Shown piece by piece: positions 1 to 8,029 of a stretch of 64,000 bases of DNA. Both the position numbers and the translations under genes were made by a program. How positions within the stretch are numbered: the stretch's first letter is position 1; every line of letters begins with the position of its first letter. Under the pieces are notes generated by a model. The model was given only the letters and a program-made list of their open reading frames with translations. It did not search any database and was not told the DNA's origin. Origin of the DNA: a virus (Duplodnaviria; Caudoviricetes); IMG/VR virus record IMGVR_UViG_3300027809_000006, positions 4,411 through 68,410 of that record; one strand, written 5' to 3'.

Positions 1-1573
1 CTGACGGGCCGTAGTGGCCTCTCTGGTGCCATACAGATGAGTCAAGCATACCATATGCAACATTATCATCTTCTTCCATCTGAAGAACTTTTTGTGCCAA
101 GTCGACACCAGTCATTCCCGGTCCATAAAGTTCTTTATAAACATATAACGTATCATAAGCCGGATCAATCGCAAACCAAAGGACACAAGCAGGACTAGAA
201 TAACCATAGTCAGCAGCTCTAAACCTACGCCAATCAGTTGGGATATTAAATGGTTTGCAGACGTGATAACGGGGATTAAATTCTGCAAAGGCAGCTCCTT
301 CTACAATAGACCAATCGCCTTCAAGGAGCTTACGTCTTTGTTCTTCAGGTAGACCTAAGAGCGAGCGCTCGTAGTTACCATCAGCATAAAGATAGGGATT
401 ATCCTTCAACCTAGCGGGAATGAATCGTCTTTTAAATAGTGGCTTACCCCTAAGTAAAGGATTTTCATGATCCTCAGGATAAGTCATAACTTCACCAGTT
501 TCTAAATCCTTAGCCCAAAAAGCTTCCCCTGCTGGAGCTGGATCAATAAACATTTTCTTAACCCAATGATGACCGGGGCCACCGGGGTTAGTAGTTGCCC
601 TAAGAGATAGGGCGGATTTTAGTTCGGGGTCTGCCGTACGTAGACGAGACTTAAGATAATTATAAGCAAAAGGTGTGGGGTACTGAGTTAATTCGTCAAT
701 ACCAATCCAAGTGAATGCCTGACCCTGATAGCGAAGAACGTCATCATCACGATCAAGATATGTCATCCAGAATTTTGCACCGGAAGGGAAGACCCACATA
801 GAATCTTTTTCTTTCCAGACCGCACCGGGGAATGCCTTAGGATAAATCTTTTGTGATTCCCATTTGAGTTCACGGAGTTCATCGTTTGTGCGTCGTAACA
901 ACAAACCAACAAAATTAGGATTGTAGAAATAACGCATAGGGTCGGCGAGCATAGCGTAACTCTTCCCGCCTCCCGCTGAACCTCCGTAAAGTACTTCTTC
1001 TTCAGAAGCAGATAGAAAGTCGTATTGGGGACCCGGATTGGGTTTAAACACATAATTGACTTCCTGAGGGACTGGCGGTTTCGCCCTACGTGTTTCAGCG
1101 GGGTCTTTAAATCCGCCACGGTAAGGCTCTTTCCGATGTGTAGGACCTTCAGGAAATTCTTCATCTGCAATCTTACGATTGGAAAGCTTTTCGTATTTCC
1201 TCTGTGCCATTGTAACGGCACGTTTGGCTACAGCCTTCTCTACAGACTCTTTATCTCTTTTAACTTTACCTGTGAGGATACGACGGTCAGTCTTCCTATT
1301 AAGGAAAGGCTTTCTATGTTTCTTGTACAGGTTAGAAATGGTTTGATGAACAATACTTCTAAGTAGCTTCTGAGAGAGCCATTCGTTTACTTCTCTAAGA
1401 GAAGCACCCTTATCAATGTGGTCGAATGCTTGTTCAATAAAAATGATTTGATCTAAGTCAGGTACGATATGATAGGGATCATCAGAGTCAATCTTATACC
1501 CTACTCCAATTTTACCGTAGGGGAGCTTCCTTCGCCAGTCTGGCCAGCGCTCAAGTTTGATCTGATTGTCCAT
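1..1573 (-). CDS. terL: Terminase large subunit (C-terminal end runs off the window's left edge), with an N-terminal extension
   Basis: Manual translation of the minus strand from ATG at 1573 (SD GAGGT): MDNQIKLERWPDWRRKLPYGKIG... then FKPNPGPQYDFLSASEEEVLYGGSAGGGKS (Walker A), WIGIDELTQ (Walker B), RATTNPGGPGHHWVKKMF and nuclease motif RAADYGYSSPACVLWF. No stop seen in the segments translated; the frame reaches position 2. Absent from the ORF track because the stop lies outside the window. Confidence 0.95.
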   Translation of the reverse strand, partial: MDNQIKLERWPDWRRKLPYGKIGVGYKIDSDDPYHIVPDLDQIIFIEQAFDHIDKGASLREVNEWLSQKLLRSIVHQTISNLYKKHRKPFLNRKTDRRILTGKVKRDKESVEKAVAKRAVTMAQRKYEKLSNRKIADEEFPEGPTHRKEPYRGGFKDPAETRRAKPPVPQEVNYVFKPNPGPQYDFLSASEEEVLYGGSAGGGKSYAMLADPMRYFYNPNFVGLLLRRTNDELRELKWESQKIYPKAFPGAVWKEKDSMWVFPSGAKFWMTYLDRDDDVLRYQGQAFTWIGIDELTQYPTPFAYNYLKSRLRTADPELKSALSLRATTNPGGPGHHWVKKMFIDPAPAGEAFWAKDLETGEVMTYPEDHENPLLRGKPLFKRRFIPARLKDNPYLYADGNYERSLLGLPEEQRRKLLEGDWSIVEGAAFAEFNPRYHVCKPFNIPTDWRRFRAADYGYSSPACVLWFAIDPAYDTLYVYKELYGPGMTGVDLAQKVLQMEEDDNVAYGMLDSSVWHQRGHYGPS

Positions 1574-2012
1574 CTATTACCTCTATAAATTCATCAGGAT
1601 TATGCTCAATTACCACTTCTTCCCTTTTATCTTTGGGGGGCAAAATAAACATATTCCTAATCTCTGTAACTTGTGGCCCTTCTTCTTTGTAAACGCCAGA
1701 ACGGTCAAGTACTTCTTTAGCAGCAGCAATAATATTCTTGGCACCCAACTGTTGTGGGTCTAACAAAACATTAACCAACTGAAGGGAAGCTAGGGCACTG
1801 GCGGACGTGAGGTATTCTTTACTTCTCTCACGAATCTCTTTTTGTAGTTTCTTTGTTACTACACTAGAGGGGGTCCCCTTAGGATATCCAACAGCCTTCA
1901 TTGCTTCCTGAACATTCCCATTACAGTCCTCGAAGAGGACGTTAAGGAAGGCTTCTTCCCGTTCGGTTAGGCCAGTCTCTTTATTTGTAATTTCTTCTAA
2001 TAAATTGGACAA
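1551..2012 (-). CDS. Probable terminase small subunit
   Basis: 153 aa with HTH-like LTEREEAFLNVLFEDCNGNVQEAMKAVGY and AAKEVLDRSG; overlaps the terL start; has an upstream SD (AAGGAG). Confidence 0.7.
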   Translation of the reverse strand: MSNLLEEITNKETGLTEREEAFLNVLFEDCNGNVQEAMKAVGYPKGTPSSVVTKKLQKEIRERSKEYLTSASALASLQLVNVLLDPQQLGAKNIIAAAKEVLDRSGVYKEEGPQVTEIRNMFILPPKDKREEVVIEHNPDEFIEVIDGQSDQT

Positions 2013-2281
2013 CGGATTTCTCCTTAAAAATTATTTTCAATAAGTGAAACCCTTAAAGTATACTTAAAGTACTATACGTCAAGATGAAGTAGCTTGACCG
2101 ATACGTCAATGCATAAGAGCTTGAGTACTTTTGTCTTGAGTACAAAGCGAAAGTGTCAGGCTTGTGTATCAACCAATTGTTCCAACTCACTGCATTTAGA
2201 AAACACAATCTCTAAACAATTAGGACTGAGTTCAAAGCCGTAAGCAGAGCTTTGTTTCTTTTTCTTTTTTCCTTATGAGTT

Positions 2282-2310
2282 ATTATACCATTTTTTAAAA
2301 CCCTTGTCAA
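2282..2310 (-). promoter_or_regulatory. Consensus sigma70 promoter driving the terminase operon
   Basis: Minus strand TTGACA (2310-2305), 17-nt spacer, TATAAT (2287-2282), pointing at ORF 2012. Confidence 0.85.
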
Positions 2311-2468
2311 GTAAAAAATGCATTAATACTTAACAAAAAGCTATTTTTCTTCATTTTTAACAAATAATAACAAAATAACTACTATAGGGACTGCTGCTAC
2401 GCAGTATGAATTATACAAAAGTACTATCTTGAGTATGAACTTGAGTACCCATTTAGACACCTAAATCA

Positions 2469-2497
2469 TTGAAAAATATGTACTATTGGTATATAAC
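2469..2497 (+). promoter_or_regulatory. Possible sigma70 early promoter
   Basis: TTGAAA, 17-nt spacer, TATAAC. Confidence 0.4.
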
Positions 2498-2817
2498 TAT
2501 AGCCACCCACCCCTAGGTCCGGTCCGTCCCCTCTGAAAGTAGTGAGGAAATGGTACTTGAGAAAGGAAAGGAGAGTTATGCATTCAGCAAGAACATTCAT
2601 CATATATACTTAGAACTATACTTGAGTACAATACTTGAGAGTATAACTTGAGTATTAACTACTTGAGTAGTACTTGAGTTCGCCAGTGCTTGAGTATAAC
2701 AATACTACCTACAAATAGAAGGACAATATAGTTTATTTGTTTTGTGTTATAACAAAGCATTACAAATGCTGACAGCGTAAGCGGCTAATAGTCAGTACGA
2801 TTGCAACTATAGGTTGC

Positions 2818-2847
2818 TTGACAAAGGTAGTACAACTATGATATGAT
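2818..2847 (+). promoter_or_regulatory. Sigma70-type early promoter
   Basis: TTGACA (2818-2823), 18-nt spacer, TG-preceded TATGAT (2842-2847), upstream of the first + strand ORFs. Confidence 0.65.
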
Positions 2848-3072
2848 AAGGGATTAAATAGGAGTACAACCAATGGTAGATTGTAAGTTACAACCTTTGA
2901 TTTGTTTATTTGTCAGACCTTTTGTGATAACGCGCGCATGCGTTCATTATCTCCCTAGGAATTTCGTGAGGGATTTCGCGCGGTACAGGAAAAAGATGAA
3001 AGAAAAAATATCTGCCTTATTTTCGCCTTATTACCAGTTCATAGTCAAATCATAGAAGGACACACAAGAGCA

Positions 3073-3276
3073 ATGGGGATTGCACAAATGGAAGCCTTTG
3101 CAGTTATCACTGGTACACGTAAGTATGACCTTGAGTTGCAGATCATTTGCACTGACAAGGCGCAAGCTTCCAGAGAGGTGAAAGACCTTAAGAAAAACTA
3201 TGGCATGGATGACGCCAGAGTGAAGCGCTTTGACAATGAAACTCTTGTTTATGAGTGGATTGAAAAGAACGCTTGA
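3073..3276 (+). CDS. Early hypothetical protein
   Basis: 67-aa ORF with SD (AGAAGGA) and protein-like composition; first + strand gene. Confidence 0.65.
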   Translation: MGIAQMEAFAVITGTRKYDLELQIICTDKAQASREVKDLKKNYGMDDARVKRFDNETLVYEWIEKNA

Positions 3277-4259
3277 AACTCTTTGGTTATGGTCTTAATT
3301 CGGCCATAATCTAATGGTTTCTTACCTAAGCACCGCAAGGTGTTGAGTGAAAGAATTGAACCATTGAGCAATCCAATCCCTTAGGGGAAACGGAATGTAA
3401 GCAAAGGGTGAAAATCCCTTAAGGCTAGGACGTGGGAAAGCCCTATCTTTGGGTGAGGATACCACTTAACAGGCCATATCCCGAATACCGAGAACTATGT
3501 TAAGCGCATGATGAGGGCAATGAAGCTTCGTAAGAGGTGGACTGTGATTAGTCATGAGCACGTCTTAGCTAGGATTAGTGTGAGCTAACAACCGTTGGCA
3601 AGAACCACAAGGGACAGGCGCGAATGCCGATAATCCATGAGGATGGAGAACCATAGTAATATGGGAACCTTGAAGACACTAAGCGTTACTGGTGGAATTG
3701 TGCATATTGTGAGACTGACAATCTCTATGTGTGTGCATAGCTGAAAGCGCCCCATCGCCCCTCAGAAGGCGGAGCCGAAAGGTTGTAACAGTATTGCTCA
3801 CTCCCTTAGCGGTCTTACAGAACGTTTGACCATACAAGGGTAGATAAAACAGAGTGAACAATACACATTGTAGTTTGGTTGTGGTTTCTTCCTTCAAAAG
3901 CTTTCGTAAGATTGTGGATGATAACTGTTCGCCTTACTATAGGTTACAATGTGCGCAAATAACTCAAAAGTAGAAATAAAGTTTAAGTAGCTTCGAAAGA
4001 AGCGAAACAAAAAAGCGGAACCCATTTATTTGGGTTTTAACCTGTTTAAAGTAACACATTTCAAAAGAATGCGGGACCATAACAGGGGGAAAGTATCCTT
4101 GGCGGGGTACATAAGAATTATCATTCCGAATGCATCCGACAATAGTCTTAACGTAAATCCTAACCTTTCCTGTATGATGAATACAGATTATGGCGCGTGG
4201 TTTTGTGCGTTAGATGCATTCTAAGAGGTAATTCAACAAATAGCGAAAGGGACTTTGCT

Positions 4260-4421
4260 ATGTGGACGTTTGAAACGGAATGTCTAGGAAAGAAAGTTAA
4301 ATCCTCTAAATCCTTTCCTACTCGCAGTGATGCATGGGAAGCGGGGGTTAAGTATGCAGATATTTGTTATGAAAATGGCGAAACTGTATACATAAAAGTA
4401 GTTCCTGTGAAAGAAAGCTAG
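4260..4421 (+). CDS. Early hypothetical protein (MWTFETECLGK...)
   Basis: ATG at 4260 after AAAGGGAC SD, within track ORF 4197..4421. Confidence 0.6.
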   Translation: MWTFETECLGKKVKSSKSFPTRSDAWEAGVKYADICYENGETVYIKVVPVKES

Positions 4422-4713
4422 GGATTGATTTGTGTTGATCCTTGAACATGTTTCTTGTGTAGGGTATGGCTTGAAGAACGCTCTTTATGGGTTAGTAAGC
4501 TAGTAAATACCGCACGTTAAAGAGGTGTGGGATAGAGTAACAAATCACTAACCTTGGTAGATATTTCACTTAATGCACATGAAAGAGGGGACACTTTCCG
4601 GTAGTGTGTATTGAGGGCAATATCCTTGCGACATTCCGTTGCAAGAACAGAATGGCCCATAGCAAGACCTTTGAAAACCTTATGGTTAGGTCAATACAAA
4701 AGGATAAACTATT

Positions 4714-5385
4714 ATGAAAACCGATCTCAAGACCATTGACGCCATGATTCTGTCCATTTCCAAGCGCGGCAAGATTCTGCGTAATGATGGCCATGAATGC
4801 CTTGTCGCAATCTGCGAACACCACAAGGAACACGGCGACTATACCCGCCTTCCGAAGCTTTTGGACGCTGTGAAGAATTCTCTTGGCAGTTCTTTGTCCG
4901 CTGCCATGATCGATTGGGTTGAACGCTTCTATACCGGCCTGAAATTCGATCGTGACAACGGCAAGTCTGAAATGGGCTTCTTTGTCAACGTTCCGAAGGT
5001 CAAGAAGGAATTTGTCAATATCACGGCTGAAATGAAAGTCAAATTCAAATCGTCTGATACTGAAGCCTTCTATGTCGGCAGTGCTGAGGGTTTCCCCTTC
5101 TATGAGCTTGAGCGTGAAGTGGCACAAAAGCCTTTCGACTTGAAGGCCGCTATCGTCCAGCTTATCCGCCGCGCTGAAACGGCTATCGAAAAGAATGTGA
5201 CGGACCATGCCGAAAACAAGGTCAATCATGCTCAAGTCGAAGTCCTGAAAGGTCTTGTCAAGAACCTTGACGAAATAAAGGATGAAGAACCGGCCATTAC
5301 GGAAACCAATGTGACCGAAATGGTTCAAGCCAAGAAGCCACGCCGTTCGAGCAAGAAGGCTGAACCCGTCGCTGATGCTGCGTAA
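4714..5385 (+). CDS. Early hypothetical protein resembling a widespread podovirus early-gene family
   Basis: 223 aa, strong SD (AAAGGA), GC-richer host-like codons; ISKRGK...HHKEHGDYT pattern. Confidence 0.85.
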   Translation: MKTDLKTIDAMILSISKRGKILRNDGHECLVAICEHHKEHGDYTRLPKLLDAVKNSLGSSLSAAMIDWVERFYTGLKFDRDNGKSEMGFFVNVPKVKKEFVNITAEMKVKFKSSDTEAFYVGSAEGFPFYELEREVAQKPFDLKAAIVQLIRRAETAIEKNVTDHAENKVNHAQVEVLKGLVKNLDEIKDEEPAITETNVTEMVQAKKPRRSSKKAEPVADAA

Positions 5386-5631
5386 CACACCGCAAGGTGT
5401 TTGAAAATTGGATCGGCAGAAGTCCCCCACATCTATATTGATGTAGTCTGCCGGTTCATAGAACCGTGGGTTGATTTGTAGTCTAGCGGCTATTAAGTCC
5501 CCACGGTTCGCTTTATTATGGGGTTATACGCCTACATAGCTAATCGTAGTAGGCAATTGAGCAAAGCGATTAGGCGGCATTCCACCGTCGTGCTATGTAG
5601 GTTTATAACTTCATACAAGAGGGATTGTGTT

Positions 5632-5784
5632 ATGAAGAAACGTAAGGGTGAGACTGTACAAGCCATTCTATCCAATGAGGCCGTTGGTTTTGGATGGGCA
5701 TTTCTTTATGCTTATGTCATCATCATGGCTTGCTTTGGTGTGTGGTATCGCTTTGAGGTTATAACAAAGGCTTTGGGACTTTAA
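5632..5784 (+). CDS. Small membrane protein
   Basis: ATG 5632 after GAGGGA; hydrophobic GFGWAFLYAYVIIMACFGVWY. Confidence 0.6.
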   Translation: MKKRKGETVQAILSNEAVGFGWAFLYAYVIIMACFGVWYRFEVITKALGL

Positions 5785-5786
5785 CA

Positions 5787-6002
5787 ATGGTTCGGCGACG
5801 TCCTAAGTTTCCTAGTGGCCTCAAGATTATCCGAAAGGGTAATAGGTTAGGTGTTTTTGTCCACAATAACCGAGTGGGGACTATTGTTCGCCATAGGGGT
5901 ATAATCCCCCGCTGGGAAGTAGTGCAGTGGAATTATCCATTTGATAAGGAATGGTTCCACCAATTGCCTAATGCCGTTCTATGGGCTTGTATGTCCGTTT
6001 AA
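5787..6002 (+). CDS. Basic hypothetical protein
   Basis: 71-aa ORF directly after the previous stop. Confidence 0.55.
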   Translation: MVRRRPKFPSGLKIIRKGNRLGVFVHNNRVGTIVRHRGIIPRWEVVQWNYPFDKEWFHQLPNAVLWACMSV

Positions 6003-6033
6003 ACCACTATCTAACAGGAAGGGAGTTTATGAC

Positions 6034-6333
6034 ATGATTATTGGCTTGTTACTTATCATTGCATCACCCCTGCTTATTCCGTTGGCTTATGGTGTGGTGC
6101 AAATCTTGAAGCATCTTCTTGCGGGTGGCATCCAGTTTGTCGTTCAATTAGGTGCAATCGTTATCGGTATATATGCATTGGCCCTTGCTGGCATATTCTT
6201 TGGCAAGATGTGGCCTTACATTGTGTTGGTAATGAAGGGGCTTTTTGTATCTGCTCTAATTGGTGCAATCGTGGCCTATTTGGCAACATACATCTTAGAG
6301 CGTTGGTTTCCTTTAAAGGGGATAGAGGATTAA
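6034..6333 (+). CDS. Multi-pass membrane protein
   Basis: ATG 6034 after AAGGGAG; about three long hydrophobic segments. Confidence 0.7.
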   Translation: MIIGLLLIIASPLLIPLAYGVVQILKHLLAGGIQFVVQLGAIVIGIYALALAGIFFGKMWPYIVLVMKGLFVSALIGAIVAYLATYILERWFPLKGIED

Positions 6334-6335
6334 TC

Positions 6336-6485
6336 ATGTTCACGTTTTTGATAGTACTGGCAGTGCTTATCTCACTTATGGCAGGATTCTTTCTTGGCTT
6401 GTGCATTTCTATAAGTGTACCAGTCAATAATAAGTCTTGCTATAAGGTCATTTCTCTCAACCGCAATGAATGGAATAGGGGTTAG
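6336..6485 (+). CDS. Small membrane protein
   Basis: ATG 6336 after GAGGA; MFTFLIVLAVLISLMAGFFLGLCISISV. Confidence 0.55.
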   Translation: MFTFLIVLAVLISLMAGFFLGLCISISVPVNNKSCYKVISLNRNEWNRG

Positions 6486-6488
6486 TGT

Positions 6489-6827
6489 ATGGGAACGTCT
6501 CTAATCTCCTATAACCACATACAAAAGTTTTGGCTTGCAGAACATAACAAACGTAGTGTTGGTATATTGGTTCTTTGTAACCATGTGATATGTGCCGACG
6601 GTTTTTCTATGTCTGTCCAAGCATCTGAATATCATTATTGTTTGCCACGGACATATTTACCTGATGGTGAATATACTCATTGGGAAGTTTTACCCTACTA
6701 TAGGGATGAGCTATTTGATGAGTTTGGGGATGAAGACGTCATGGCCTATGTCCCTACAAAGATTGTAAATGCCGTTATTGAAAAGCATGGTGGCATTTCT
6801 TTGAGTAGAATACTTAACGTAGAATGA
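6489..6827 (+). CDS. Conserved phage hypothetical protein
   Basis: CADGFSMSVQASEYHYCLPR...WEV...VMAYVP motif recognised from many phage early proteins. Confidence 0.8.
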   Translation: MGTSLISYNHIQKFWLAEHNKRSVGILVLCNHVICADGFSMSVQASEYHYCLPRTYLPDGEYTHWEVLPYYRDELFDEFGDEDVMAYVPTKIVNAVIEKHGGISLSRILNVE

Positions 6828-6839
6828 AAGGGACTTCTT

Positions 6840-7004
6840 ATGCGTAAACAGACTTTATTTGATCGTACTTATCAGGGACCACGCGGAAATCATCTTTCCT
6901 ATCGTACTCACATGACAATTACAGGTGAGCGTAAGGAAGGGGGAACAAGCATCCATCCTGCCAAATCGGCAATTGGTAAGACCGTGCGGCATACCGAACG
7001 ATAG
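6840..7004 (+). CDS. Small basic hypothetical protein (54 aa, not in track)
   Basis: ATG 6840 after AAAGGGAC; MRKQTLFDRTYQGPRGNHLSYRT...TER*. Confidence 0.5.
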   Translation: MRKQTLFDRTYQGPRGNHLSYRTHMTITGERKEGGTSIHPAKSAIGKTVRHTER

Positions 7005-7097
7005 CGAAAACTTAACTCCTAGTACTAACTAGGGGTTATATGGTCGCTGTTGACCAAAGCCCTAAAGGATAGGGTTTAACTTAGGAAAGGGACTACT

Positions 7098-7382
7098 ATG
7101 AATATCAAGGGTATCGCACTTATTGCCGCTATCGGTCTTGCTGCCATGTCTTCCGTTGCCAATGCTGCAACGTGTGGTGGCGAACCGTGGACTTCCGAAG
7201 CCTTCTTTGCTGGCAAGTGCATTGGCAACAATGGTGGTGACACTAATCGTGCAACGATTGAAACTGTGAAGGCCGACAAATCCCTCACGGGTTCTTTCAA
7301 TGTACAGCCTTCTGAAACCAATCTTTCGGGTTCTTTCGGTGGTGCAACTGCTTCTGAGGGCGGGCTTAAGGGTTCGTTCTAA
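7098..7382 (+). CDS. Small exported protein with signal peptide
   Basis: MNIKGIALIAAIGLAAMSSVANA signal peptide (A-N-A cleavage); Cys pair; three L-x-G-S-F repeats; strong SD. Confidence 0.8.
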   Translation: MNIKGIALIAAIGLAAMSSVANAATCGGEPWTSEAFFAGKCIGNNGGDTNRATIETVKADKSLTGSFNVQPSETNLSGSFGGATASEGGLKGSF

Positions 7383-7510
7383 TAACAACATTCCTGTAAG
7401 GTAATTCTAACCCTACGTTTAACCGCGTGGGGTTATTGGTGTTTTACAAGCTTCTTGTGGTGCCGACCTATGCGTGGCGGCTTAAATGGTAGCATAATGC
7501 CATCCATAAG

Positions 7511-7560
7511 CAGGGAGTGATAGCGTGGGCGAAAGGGGGTTCGACTCCCCCCCTCCCTGA
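7511..7560 (+). other. tRNA-like minihelix (acceptor stem plus T-arm, no anticodon arm)
   Basis: CAGGGAG (7511-7517) pairs with CTCCCTG (7553-7559); GGGGG-TTCGACT-CCCCC T-arm at 7535-7551. Confidence 0.5.
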
Positions 7561-7574
7561 AATTTAATTAAAAT

Positions 7575-7652
7575 GGGGGTATAGCCCAACTGGAAGATGG
7601 CAAGAGACTTAAAATCTCTAAAGTGTGGGTTCGAATCCCACTACCCCTACCA
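7575..7652 (+). tRNA. tRNA-Leu(UAA) with encoded CCA and short variable loop
   Basis: Acceptor GGGGGTA/TACCCCT, D-arm GCC..GGC, anticodon arm AGAGA-CTTAAAA-TCTCT, T-arm GTGGG-TTCGAAT-CCCAC, ACCA end. Confidence 0.92.
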
Positions 7653-7713
7653 TTAATTATACCACAAATACAACCTAAAGTAAACGTCCACTTAACTAAA
7701 TCAGGGGTTAGGA

Positions 7714-7968
7714 ATGCTTAAACAAAAAGAAAATGCGCCGGATGGTTTTAAAGCCCACGAACGTAAGGGCGAAAAGATTGAAGGCGGCTTTATTGTTGCT
7801 CGTAAAGGTCGCTGGGGGAAACGCCTCAAGATTAGCGAACGTCCCTTTGAGTACCCTACCTTTGACGCTGCCCTAAAGGGGAAAAAGCGTCTTGAGGATA
7901 TGTTCCCTGATAGCACATTCACCATTTTGTGTGAGGCTAAATTCGTCAAGGAATTGATTCAGGCATAG
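7714..7968 (+). CDS. Hypothetical protein
   Basis: 84-aa ORF with AGGA SD, in operon orientation. Confidence 0.7.
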   Translation: MLKQKENAPDGFKAHERKGEKIEGGFIVARKGRWGKRLKISERPFEYPTFDAALKGKKRLEDMFPDSTFTILCEAKFVKELIQA

Positions 7969-8029
7969 TACCTACCTAAAGGTATAGAAACGCTCTGTAC
8001 GGCCTTCTATGGCCGATTGTGAGGGTATT

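Larger units (their letters stand above)
2120..2696. repeat. Cluster of short CTTGAG(TA) direct repeats in the noncoding region between the divergent arms
   Basis: CTTGAGT at 2120, 2135, 2428, 2440, 2621, 2647, 2662, 2673, 2689; CTTGAGA at 2556, 2634. Confidence 0.85.

Noticed and set aside
763-1366. Track ORFs 763..1221 (-) and 1025..1366 (+)
   Set aside because: Off-frame or antisense shadows of the terminase large subunit frame (1573 to the left edge).
4570-5430. 286-aa minus-strand ORF
   Set aside because: Antisense shadow of the + strand gene 4714..5385, which has the SD and coding-like composition.
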